Positions 27,488-37,865 are shown, numbered from the whole stretch's first letter. The stretch is DNA of 62,625 nt, filler included, from Chiloscyllium plagiosum (GCF_004010195.1; 4 parts of one record of this genome joined end to end with filler, not necessarily neighbours in it), one strand, 5' to 3'. The notes: generated by a model from the letters alone, not told the origin. Numbers and translations are program-made.

Positions 27488-28110
27488 TATTATGGACCAG
27501 ACCAAATCCCCTCAAAATGTACCCTAGTATTTCCTTATTTTAAAAGATGATATGTGCAGATGCAATTTGATGGGTCAAATGACTGGTCATAAAGCAAGAC
27601 ACACTTTATCCATACACAATAGTTAAAATGCAAACAAAAGAAAGAAGAATTGGAGTAACTTAACTCTGTTGAAAAACTTAATGGAATCATCAGTAATTCA
27701 ACTACTAAACGGCAACTGTTTCAACATAACATCTCAAAAGCAAACCATTTGTAAAGGCAAATTCAGTGAAATAGATTGTCTCATATGCAATTCTCCAGGC
27801 TAAAGGGAAAGAACGTCAAGAGAAAACTCTGACAGGGACACAGAAATCTCAAGCACCTTGCTGTAGCAGGGAGAGATGTATAGCAGCTTCAAAACCCCAA
27901 CAGCTGCTGCAAGTTAAACTAAAATCATGGTTCTGTGGGAGCTTGACCCCACCCTTTCATGTTGCTTCTATTGTTCCAACTTAAAAAAATCCAAAGGCCT
28001 CACGTTTACTTTATTGGATTGGAAACATATCACTCGCCACCTCTGTCTCAATCTCTCTTCTTAAAGACACCAGGACAAAAAGCACTTTTTAAACCTGTAG
28101 TACCATCACA
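27488..28110 (-). mobile_element. Solo LTR (probably Gypsy-type)
   Basis: Reverse-complement homolog of 46327-47219 along its whole length; on the minus strand it runs TGTGA...ccataata (decayed CA end). Confidence 0.75.
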
Positions 28111-28929
28111 CCGGGGATTACCATTGACAAGAAACTGAACTGAACTAACCATTTCAATAATGTACTAAAAGAACAGGTTAGAGGTTTGGAAATTTACACT
28201 GAGTAACTCACCTCCTGCTTCCCCAAAGCCCATCCAACACCTGCATTCAGAAGTCAGAAGTCGGAAGGAATATTCCTCATTTTCCTGGATGAGTGCAGCT
28301 CAAACAGTATTCAAGAGGCTTGACACCATCGACAACAAAGCAGTCCTCTTGATTGGCAGTGCATCATCCATCATTCCCTCCTTTCATCACTGACACACAA
28401 GTGACAGCAGCGTGAACCATCTAAAGCATGCAAAACATAAAACCTACATCTTGATCACTTCAAAGGAAAAAGCCAACAGTTGCATCAATACAAAACCACC
28501 TGCAAATACCCTTCCAAGCCGCACACCATTTTGATTTGAACTATATATGTCTTCCATTAAAATCTCAAGCAAAATCTTGATACTCCCTTTCAAACACTAT
28601 GGATTTCCCTACACTCCCAGGACAGCAATGGATCAAAAAAGTAGACCACCAACCCATCTTCTCCAGGGCAACTAAGGATGAGCAATAAATTTTGGTCGAG
28701 CCAGTGACACCCATACCACATGAATTAATAAAAATAAAACTTTGATCTCCTTATTCAGAAAGCAATATTCTTTCTCTAGAAGCAGTTCATGGAAGTTTCA
28801 CTTCATTCATTGCTGGGTTACAAAGAAGAATTGAACAGGTTAGACTTTTAACAATTGGGGGCACGAAGAATGAGAGGCAATTTTACTGAGTCATATGAAA
28901 TCTTGAGGGGATAGGATAGTGTGGATACC

Positions 28930-29285
28930 TGTGAGAGACGATTTCGGTACAAACAACTGAGATGTGCATGACCCCAAAGTCTAAGGGGAATAGAGCCATA
29001 GGGGTAGGGTAAAACATGCTTCTCTATAATAAAGGACGAGACATCTGCTGCAGACTTTGTGATAAGGGTGCAGAATGGAAAAATACTGACGGTTTAGAAT
29101 GTGAACCTCGTGACTCTTTAGAGCAAAAGAGGGGAGGGACTTGTGCTGTATTTAATGAGAAACTTTGTTAGCCTCGGGGCGCCTTTTTCTCAGAAGGGTG
29201 CCCAACTCTGCAGACTTGCTAATAAAACTTTGTTTTCCTGAATTTGTCTAGAGCGATTATTGAGAAGCGATTTTCGTTTCTAACA
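28930..29285 (+). mobile_element. 5' LTR of a class I (gamma/epsilon-like) endogenous retrovirus
   Basis: TG...CA ends with a 10/12 inverted repeat (TGTGAGAGACGA vs TCGTTTCTAACA), TATTTAA at 29149-29155, AATAAA at 29221-29226, and a PBS 4 nt downstream. Confidence 0.88.
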
Positions 29286-29289
29286 AACT

Positions 29290-29305
29290 TGGGGGCTCGT
29301 CCGAT
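29290..29305 (+). promoter_or_regulatory. Primer-binding site complementary to tRNA-Pro
   Basis: TGGGGGCTCGTCCG matches the first 14 nt of the MLV-type Pro PBS (TGGGGGCTCGTCCGGGAT); the next bases are AT, equivalent to a GG deletion. Confidence 0.9.
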
Positions 29306-29428
29306 CAACACTCCGGCCGCGAGGGGGGGCTGAGGAAGGACATCGGAGAAGGTGCACCCTGCCGAGTTCGGCAGTCCCTGATTCCTTGCTTGTCGCCCCG
29401 CGCGGCTTGAGCGAGTGATATCCGGAAG

Positions 29429-29528
29429 NNNNNNNNNNNNNNNNNNNNNNNNNNNNNNNNNNNNNNNNNNNNTTAATTAATTAANNNNNNNNNNNNNNNN
29501 NNNNNNNNNNNNNNNNNNNNNNNNNNNN
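29429..29528. other. Assembly gap linker
   Basis: 44 N + TTAATTAATTAA + 44 N = 100 bp, identical at three sites. Confidence 0.98.
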
Positions 29529-29686
29529 GAGTTGTATAGAGTTCTCAAAGATAGTGGAATCAAGGGTTATGGAGATAAGGCAGGAACAGGATACTGATTA
29601 GGAATGATCAGCCATGATTATATTGAATGGCGGTGCAGGCTCGAAGGGCTGAATGGCCTACTCCTGCACCTATTGTCTATTGTCTA
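29529..29686 (+). mobile_element. Young CR1 3' UTR
   Basis: atcaagggttatggagataaggcagg...gaagggctgaatggcctactcctgcacct followed by an attgtct repeat tail. Confidence 0.85.
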
Positions 29687-30443
29687 ATCCATATGGGTCA
29701 AGGTAAGAAGCTTTGAGGAGAAGAAGATACTAGTGGGAGTGGCTATATTACACCTAAAGGTAGAGCATGTAAAAATGTAGTACTTTAATTGTGGGTGATT
29801 TTAATTTTCATATTGGGAAAATAAAATTGGCATGAGGAAGAATTCACAGAGTACAAACAGGATAGTTTCCTTAAAGAATATGTGGTGGATTTAACCAGAT
29901 CTCAGACTAATTGAGATCTATTTTATGTGGAGTGAGGCAGATTTAATAAATGATCTTGGAGTAAAATATCCCCTGGCTACAGCAATCATAACATGGTAGA
30001 GTTCGCATTCACTTTGAGAGGGAGAAACATAGTTTAGAAATACATGTTCTAAGCCTAATTAAAGATAACTACATGGAAAGGAAGATCGAGTTGAGAAAAG
30101 AGTTTAGCAGAAAAGATGGTTGATGAACAATGGAAGATTTGTTTTTAATAACTCACAGCAAAGATATATTGGAATGTTGAAGGATTCTAGGAAAGGGATA
30201 AACCACCCATGGTTAACCCAAAGGAAGTTAAGGACTATGTCAAAGTAAAAGAAAAAAATATAATGTGGCAAAGGTAAGTAGTAAATTAGAGGATTTATAA
30301 AGTGTGAAAAGCCAACAAAAGGTGATAAAGAAATAATAGAGTAAATTATGAGGGTTAACTGGCAAGTAACATAAAATTAGACGCAAGTAATTTAAGTCAC
30401 ACATTTGGCATCTCCAAAAGACACAATATAACCAGTACCCTTT

Positions 30444-30657
30444 GCTAAAAATGTGTTGCTGGAAAAGCGCAGCAGGTCAGGCAGAATCCAAGGAGGAGGA
30501 GAATCGACGTTTCGGGCATGAGCCCTTCTTCAGGAATGGGGAAGGGCTCATGCCCGAAACATCGATTCTCCTGCTCCTTGGATTCTGCCTGACCTGCTGC
30601 ACTTTTCCAGCAACACATTTTCAACTCTGATCTCCAGCATCTGCAGTCCTCACTTTC
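30444..30657. mobile_element. PLE family A fold-back with 14-bp TSD
   Basis: TSD AACCAGTACCCTTT at 30430-30443 and 30658-30671; near-perfect inverted arms; about 30-nt tail on the right arm only. Confidence 0.93.
30501..30537 (-). ncRNA. Minimal type I hammerhead ribozyme motif (intact core)
   Basis: Minus strand attc-CTGAAGA-A-GGGC-tcat-GCCC-GAAA-C-GTC-gattc; helix I is short. Confidence 0.75.
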
Positions 30658-31271
30658 AACCAGTACCCTTTATCAATACTTGGGATTTTCATTTAGGGAG
30701 AGATTGAAATGTGTGGAGACAATGTTGTGAGAAATGGAATAGATGTTGTTGAGAAACCTATCAAACATGATTAGGAGAAATCTTTGGTTTAACAAGAATT
30801 CAGACCTAGTGAAAGCACAGTTAGAGAAAATGGCTTCAACAGAACAAATAACATGGGGATGGGACATCAAATCAAAGAATTGAATCAAATGAAGGGTAGT
30901 CAAGGTAACTTTGGAAAGTCATTAGTTTTATATGGTGGTCAGATAATTTGCCTCCAAAAAGCCATAACTATCTTTCTTTTTGCTACGTATGACTCAACCA
31001 AATGGAGAGTTAATCCCCTGATTCACAGTTTTTCAAGGGTTCCTTGATGCAATACTTGGTCAAATGCAAATGTCAAGGCAGTCACTCTCATCTCGTCTTT
31101 GGAGTTAGTGGTTTTATCAACATTAGGATCAAAGCTACAATTAAGTCAGGTGCCATGTAGCCCTGGTAAAACCCAAATTTGAGTGTTAGTAGGCAGGTTA
31201 TTCCTTTGCAAATGCCATTTGATAGCACTATCAACAACCTCTTCTATCAAATTGCCCACAACCCTTTTGTA

Positions 31272-31388
31272 GGAGAAAGTGAGGACTGCAGATGCTGGAG
31301 ATCAGAGCTGAAAAATGTGTTGCTGGAAAAGTGCAGCAGGTCAGGCAGCATCAAAGGAGCAGGAGAATTGACATTTCGAGCATAAGCT
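31272..31388 (-). mobile_element. PLE family A single arm with 8-bp TSD
   Basis: TSD CTTTTGTA at 31264-31271 and 31389-31396; helix II variant GAGC-ttat-GCTC. Confidence 0.9.
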
Positions 31389-31551
31389 CTTTTGTACAAA
31401 ATTAAACTTGAATTATGATAATTTATCAGTAGAATCAAACCTTAGTTGATTGGGAGTTACTGCAGCAAGACAACATTCCAACTAGATACTTATTCTGATC
31501 AATGGAATAGTAGTGCATTCCTTCTAACATGACTTTGTTTGATTCCCTTAG

Positions 31552-31665
31552 GACTTGTGCACGAGTTGCCCAGCTGGTCCACCAGGGCTTCAAGGACTAC
31601 CAGGTTTGAAAGGAAGCAAAGGTCATGGAGGCCCCCGGGGGAATGATGGAAAAGATGGTCTAATG
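31552..31665 (+). CDS. Collagen exon: CxxC interruption plus Gly-X-Y (DLCTSCPAGPPGLQGLPGLKGSKGHGGPRGNDGKDGLM), FACIT/COL22A1-like
   Basis: Branch-like ctaac at about 31524, pyrimidine tract ...gattcccttag|GAC, donor ATG|gtatgc; 114 nt, phase 0-0; ten uninterrupted Gly-X-Y triplets. Colinear with the recalled human COL22A1 segment DVCNDCPPGPPGLPGLPGFKGDKG... Confidence 0.93.
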
Positions 31666-32251
31666 GTATGCTAATACAAAAGGCTTCAAAAGGAAGAGTA
31701 AAATCCTGACTATTAAACTGACCAAAAGAAAACCTGCATGTATACTAACAGTATTCTGTGGGTAGAGAAGCCAAGACAATATCTGAGAGAATAAAATATC
31801 TGGAGAAGATTTAATAAGAGGTGTCCAATGTCGTGAAAGTCCTAGACAGGAGAACCTGTTCCCATTGCCCAAAGAATTAAGAACAGGGCACTGATTTAAG
31901 ATGAATTTTGAGATGAGTGACAAGTAAAATGAGTGACAAGTACACTGCCAACCAACCAAATATCAGTTGGGTTCACAGTATGGTGGGCTTGCATGTACTG
32001 GAAGTAACATACAGATTAATACATAGAATATAAATGGAATATGGCAGGAAAAACATTTTTAATACAGTGAGTTGTTAGGATCTTGAGTATACTTCCTGTC
32101 AGCCAGTTTCCTGAGTTCAAACTGTCAACGTGTATACATGGGGGATGTGTAATGGTAAATCTAGAGATAAGTATTAAATTCCCACCATGGCATTAGTTGT
32201 TAGTCTACTTCCTCACATGTTCAGGATTATCCTGCAAATGTTGTCCCATTG

Positions 32252-32580
32252 GAATGGCACAGTGGCTCACAGCACCTGGGACCTGGGTTCAATTCTACCC
32301 TTGGGTGACTGTCTGGGTGGAGTTTGCACATTTTTCCTGTGTCTGCGTGGGCTTCCTCTGGGTGCTCTGGTTTCCTCCCACAGTTCAAAGATGTGTAGGT
32401 GAGGTGGATTGGCTATGTTGTTTCCCATAGTGTTCAAGGATGTGCAGGCAAGGTGGATTAGCCATGGAAAATATTGGGATAGGGTGGGGGAGGTGGTCTG
32501 CATTTGATGGTCTTCCAGAGGGCTTGTGTGGACTCCATGGGCTGAATGGCCTGTTTTTACACTGCAGGAATTCTATGATT
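32252..32580 (+). mobile_element. HE1 SINE, diverged
   Basis: Head tggcacagtggc..gggttcaattc, V-domain, tail aattctatgat. Confidence 0.85.
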
Positions 32581-33408
32581 GAAATATCACATGCAAAGTT
32601 GGACACTGTTTCATGAGTGTGTTTTGGTTAGGTACAGTCAGTACTTTGCTTGTTAAGAACAGTTGAATGGACAAGCTGTTTGATATGATCCACCAGACTT
32701 TGGGATGTACAGACCGCATACCTGGCATTACGCCAGCACTGAAATTCAAATAACAATTATTCATTTGTGTGGTAGATGAAAATTCTTTTTGGCTTTACAC
32801 AGCATCCTTTTAGTGGTGAACACCACTTGAGTTGCTACTATTTTATAATGGTGTGAAACATCTAGCTTTACCTGTTGCTTAAAGTTCTGGAATACCTTGC
32901 CCTCAAAGTAATCTGAAATAGGTAGAGAACTTTACAGGATCAAGAGTAATCACTTCAGTTTGCATTATGTACAGTAAGAAATGATCTGATTTGCATAATC
33001 AATATCCCTTAAGGTGGTTTTGATACACCTATTTCAGTACCAGGTTTGCAGGGAAAGCAAATGGCCCTATTTACAAGCCAGGAAGATCAGTCATATAGCA
33101 AATGGGACCATACGATTCCCAACATATGTACTAACAAGTGAAGGTCATTTTGCATTGGACAGTAGTAGATAACCCACAGTCCGATTTCTCAACTAGAAAG
33201 GAAGCTCATTTGATTGTTTCTTTTCAAACATGAATTTCAACATAGAATGGAGTCCACTGGGTAGGAATTTGCAGATTCAATTCAATGGGAAAACCAACAT
33301 GTATACTGTATGAGAGGAGAAAGTGAGGACTGCAGATGCTGGAGATCAGAGCTGAAGAATGGTTGCTGGAAAAGCGCAGCAGGTCAGGCAGCATCAAAGG
33401 AGCAGGGC

Positions 33409-33445
33409 AATCGACGTTTCGGGCATAAGCCCTTCTTCAGGAATC
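33409..33445 (-). ncRNA. Minimal hammerhead ribozyme motif (intact core)
   Basis: Minus strand gattc-CTGAAGA-A-GGGC-ttat-GCCC-GAAA-C-GTC-gatt. Confidence 0.78.
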
Positions 33446-33478
33446 CTGAAGAAGGGCTTATGCCTGAAACGTCGATTC
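33441..33478 (+). ncRNA. Minimal hammerhead ribozyme motif, sense to the collagen pre-mRNA
   Basis: GAATC-CTGAAGA-A-GGGC-ttat-GCCT-GAAA-C-GTC-GATTC: perfect 5-bp helix I, G.U at the base of helix II, palindromic ACGT helix III, GUC cleavage triplet ending at 33473. Confidence 0.75.
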
Positions 33479-33682
33479 TCCTGCTCCTTTGATGCTGCCT
33501 GACCTGCCTCGCTTCTCCAGCAACACATGTTTCAGCTCGTGTATGAGAGGAGATGCTGATTATCTGGCAAGTAGACCCTGATTGACAAAAGCATTGCCTT
33601 GGAGAATGCAACCATTACGGCTGATTGATAACTGCTGGGCATAATTTAAGTTTTAAACCAGAAAGGTTGACTAGTTAGATCA

Positions 33683-33810
33683 CATTCTTGTTTACGGGAT
33701 TATGCCCGAAATATTGACTCTCCTGCTCCTTGAATGCTGCCTGACCTGCTGTGCTTTTCCAACACCACTTTTCAACTCTGACCTCCAGCCTCTGCAGTCC
33801 TCATTTTCTC
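33683..33810 (+). mobile_element. PLE family A single arm with 12-bp TSD
   Basis: TSD CTAGTTAGATCA at 33671-33682 and 33811-33822; core decayed. Confidence 0.88.
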
Positions 33811-34398
33811 CTAGTTAGATCATTAGCCTGAGAAATAAACCAGTAAATGGTTGTGAAATTGTGAAATCAGTAAAATTGTGTATTAAGCTAAAACAAGTGC
33901 TGTGTGTGTACGTATTCATTCTGGCTACAAACTGCACACTGTGAATCCAACGGATAATTCTAAATTGGTTGTCATTGTCATTCCTTGTACATTCAGGATT
34001 ATTTAGCCAATGTTGTACATTTGCAGAACCACACCAAATGGTGAATATTGTATTTAGAGTTTTGCAAGCACTTGATAGTGAATTGTCCTGATGAATGCAA
34101 GACATAAAGCTTTTCCGAAATGTGCCTTTTCAGCAATGTTCAAGCTCTGTACTACCAAATGATAAATTGATAGGGTGAAAGGTGACTGGGTGGAAATCGG
34201 TCAGAAATTTAGTTGATAAGTGAGTTCAGAAAATTCTTTGTTTTATGACAACAAGCACTTCGGTCTGCACTGCCCATCTTGTTATGAAGCCGTTAGAGGT
34301 ATATGATTCTCATTTCATCAATTTCAAAATAACTTGTGATGCGTTATATTCATAAATTTGTTCTTTGACCTTAAAAAGAAAATTTTCTTTTACTTTAG

Positions 34399-34452
34399 GG
34401 TGAACCAGGACCATCAGGGCCACCTGGACCACAAGGGCCAGCAGGAATGATG
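34399..34452 (+). CDS. 54-nt collagen Gly-X-Y exon (GEPGPSGPPGPQGPAGMM)
   Basis: ttttcttttactttag|GGT acceptor, ATG|gtatga donor, canonical 54-nt phase-0 collagen exon, in frame with the exon at 31552-31665. Confidence 0.95.
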
Positions 34453-34675
34453 GTATGAAATGCAAGGAATTCATCTTGTACTTCCATGAATCAGAGATCC
34501 TGGTGATATGTTCCTTGCCCCTTTGACATTACAATTATTTCCTTGTCAATATTACTACTTTTTAAAAAAAGAAATCATTATTAATCCCTTCTTCTTTGAT
34601 CACAACTAGAAATGCTTTCTGCAAATCCAAAATTTACAAGATCCAGTGACAATCCCAGCAAAACCTCCTGCTTGT

Positions 34676-34842
34676 TGTGACAAAGCTATCACTTTAACAA
34701 GGTTATTTTGTCCTTGGTTTTTTTTTAAAGAGAGGTCATAAAGGAAGAGGTGCCAAAATATCCTGGATGAGCCCCCAATCTGTTTTGGACCAGGCCAAAC
34801 GCAAGGACAAAATAACCTTGTTAAAGTGACAGCATCATCACA
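34676..34842. repeat. Short inverted-repeat element built from LTR termini
   Basis: Perfect 28-bp inverted repeat (34689-34716 / 34802-34829) extending imperfectly to TGTGA...TCACA ends; arms resemble the start of the solo LTR at 46327. Confidence 0.8.
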
Positions 34843-36009
34843 TTGGCATGGCCTGAGAAGGTGGTTTGCAGAATTCAGAAGGTTTTGAAACACAAAATGA
34901 GCTAGGTTTTTTTGAATGAAAGATTGAGCACAGTCCTTCTTGGACCTTGCCGATTATTTGCTACAATCTCTTGGTTGATCTTGTTCTGGATGGAAGCTAA
35001 ATGGAAGATTCAGAAACATTACTAGGTTTGATTACTTGAAGTGTTAGGGCTATACTAGATGTGCAGAAACCCAAAAGAGGCTTTTTCTATCTGTTCTTCT
35101 CTAAGATGACTGTCTGAAAAACAATGTTTTGCCCAGTACTCCTGAGAGGAATATCAGAAAATATCCAATAAAGCACAGAGATGGTCAACTGTGAAGGCCC
35201 TATTGCTAATACTAGTGAGATACACTTCACAGTGGTCAAACTGTTTTATCTTCCAGTTTTCCAAGCTGATCTATGGGTAATTCAGCTCCACTCCACAGAT
35301 TAGGATCTCAGTTCATGGAAGTAATGAAAACTGTGTGGTCATTCACTCTATCTCACAACATTTTAGCATATCATTGCCATGTTCCATCCTAATAAAGCCC
35401 TTTGAAAATGTAGTCTAAAAGTCCCTTTTATGGGTTGTTTTAATTTCCAAAGAATGTCATCATAATCTCAAGGTCAGAACGATTGAATTATTTATAATAC
35501 CTCTTTGACTCATCATATTCTTTGAATATAGTGAATGATCTCAGTATCACATCTGTTATGACCAGGTAACACAGAATGAATCGGCTCCTTTCTTTCCAAA
35601 TTGTCTAGTCACAACAAAATTTAAGTTTTTTCTTAGCATGAGGCTATAATTCTCCAGTTAAAATGCAATGAGCCACTTTTTACAGTGACCAATAAAAAAA
35701 AACAAAATATAAGCAACAGTAGGCCATTTGAGAACACAGTCTTACTCTGCTATTCAATAAGATTATTTTTTTGAATAAAATATTACTTCATTACTCGACA
35801 AAACCAAACTTTATAAGTTGTTTCTCTCATTTCTGATCTCGATATAGTAAACCACCTTTGAACTGTGTTAATACATTAAAATCTTTCTCAAAAATGGAGA
35901 CCAAGATTTCACGCAAATTTTCAAAATGTGGTCTAACCAAATTGAAGCATAACGTCTTTACATGTTCAATTCCTCTTGGAACAAAGAATAGCTTTCTTGG
36001 TTATAGATT

Positions 36010-36400
36010 TCATAGAGTCATAAAGGATAGAGGCAGGCCTTTTAGCCCACCATGTCTATGCCAACCAGCAAATACAAACCCATTCTGATCCCATTTACTT
36101 GCGTCACATCATTTTAAGTGCTCATCCAGATGCTTCTTAAATGTTATGAGAGTACCCGCTTTCACCACCCTTTCAGGCAGCACATTCCATATTTCTTCCA
36201 CCCTCTAGGTGAGAAAAATCTTTTCTCATCTGCTCTAAACTACGTGCTCCTCACCTCAAATTTGTGTCTCCTGGACATATTTGTCAGTGGAAAAGATTCT
36301 CACAATCTGCCCTGACTATTCCTCTCAAAAATTTTGCATACTTCGTTCAATGCCCCCAGCCTCCTCACCACCTCACCATAAATCCAGCCTATCCAGTCGA
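36010..36400 (-). mobile_element. CR1 3' fragment
   Basis: catagagtcata tail in reverse and CR1 C-terminal remains. Confidence 0.75.
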
Positions 36401-36448
36401 TTATGTGTTGTACCTGCATACTAACTTTTTGTGACTCATACACCAGAA

Positions 36449-37184
36449 CAGTGATTTTCAACTGTGTTTTGGCAACAGCCTCCCCACCCCCAGGAGCTCT
36501 TCATGACACACCTCTTACAAGGAAAATAATGAACAAATGAACCAGGATAAAAAAAGGTCTTGCAAGACAGGCTGATCTTCGGATAATGGAGTATGGCGAT
36601 AATGCTTGCGAGAACCCTTGATTGAGTACGTTGACCCGATGCAGTCTGATTCATGACTGATTCTGAAGGGAGGCTGTGTGGGAGGAGCTTAAGCAATTTA
36701 ATTTACCCAGATGTGCTGAATTCAAATGGTGTGTTGGAAAGATATTATAAATAGGAGGGAAGCTATTGACTCCAGTGAAGGTTGTTGCTTGGGTATTTCA
36801 TCGGTTCAGTTAACAGGGCCCTCATAAACCCTTGGGCTTCCCCCTTCTCACAGTTTTCAGTCTTTGGTCCCCTTCAAATGTGCCAGGGCCTTAAGGGAGC
36901 CATATGTGCCCTCCTCCCACACCACCCTCCCCCCCCACCCCCCAACCGCCAGGAGCTCGTCTCAGATTCCAGGGCCCCCTTTCAAACAGGTTACAACACA
37001 AACAGATAGACAAAAAAATCAGTAATTATTGAACACCAAGAAAACATGAACATTCTAATATACTGGACAAAACTTAAAAAAAAAACTGTATGAAATTAAG
37101 CATCTCTCAGGCTGAAATCAGTCCTTGAGCTTGGTCATGCAGTTCAAAGACATGGGCAAAGATGACTCTCGTTGAGAATGGTTG
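36449..37184. mobile_element. Non-autonomous hAT (Charlie-like) DNA transposon
   Basis: Imperfect TIRs CAGTGATTTTCAAC / GTTGAGAATGGTTG; 8-bp TSD CACCAGAA (36441-36448) / CACTAGAG (37185-37192); the interrupted minus-strand CR1 resumes across it. Confidence 0.65.
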
Positions 37185-37865
37185 CACTAGAGCACCTCGA
37201 TCCCTCAATATTTTGGAATTCCACTGTCATCCTCCATTTAAGTAATATTCTGCTTCTTTTTTCATTCTTCCTGCCAAGTGAATAAATTCATATCATTTAA
37301 CATTATAACCTGTCTGCCAGATTTTGCCTATTCACCCAACCTAGGTTTATTGTCTACACACTCCTTATGTCTTTGCAGCATACTTTCTTTACCCTTGTGT
37401 CATTTACAAGTTTAGCTACCTGTCTTTGCTGCACACATCTAAGTTATTGGTCTCCACTTGTCACATTCCGCAAATCCTTTGAAGCACATGCTTTACATTC
37501 AGCCAGCAAGCCAGTCTTCCATCCATGTTAGTGAGAAGCACATACACCATTAGCTTTTATATTCCACAATAACATTGATGTAGCCACTTATCCAAGACCT
37601 TCAAGTACATTACACTTATAGGCTGTCCATTATCCACAGCACACAGTCGCCAACTTTGGTAAGACTTCATAACACCAAAATATCCTCCACAAAGGAATGC
37701 CTGCTGTTGATCTGTGACCCTATCTGCCTTACCACAGCAGGTATAATTTGTTCAAATCACTCTCACTTTATCCACAGCACATATTACTCTTCAAAGAATT
37801 CTAATAAATTTGTTAGAATTGATTTTCATTTCATGATACTTTGTTGACTCTTCCTGATTATCTTG

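Larger units (their letters stand above)
24177..28735 (+). mobile_element. Near full-length but degraded second-family LINE, hosting nested insertions
   Basis: 5' leader, APE start (NI*VLMPKLGKLPHRL at about 24360), RT remains (LDIKVVFN*V*HQ; VQPFSAAS region), and 3' tail gggcaactaaggatgagcaataaat...gaattaataaaaa at about 28665-28735. Confidence 0.75.
33321..33539. mobile_element. PLE family A fold-back with two back-to-back hammerheads and 14-bp TSD
   Basis: TSD TGTATGAGAGGAGA at 33307-33320 and 33540-33553 (partly overlapping the element's ggagaaag end); centre cttcttcaggaatcctgaagaag. Confidence 0.93.

Noticed and set aside
29473..29484. TTAATTAATTAA repeated three times as a biological motif
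   Set aside because: Always centred in exactly 44+44 Ns; an artificial spacer.
30444..30657. miRNA precursor or DNA-transposon MITE interpretation of the palindromes
   Set aside because: Arms are identical to the PLE 3' terminus linked to GIY-YIG at 55317-55866, and variable 11-15-bp TSDs and asymmetric ends fit retrotransposition.
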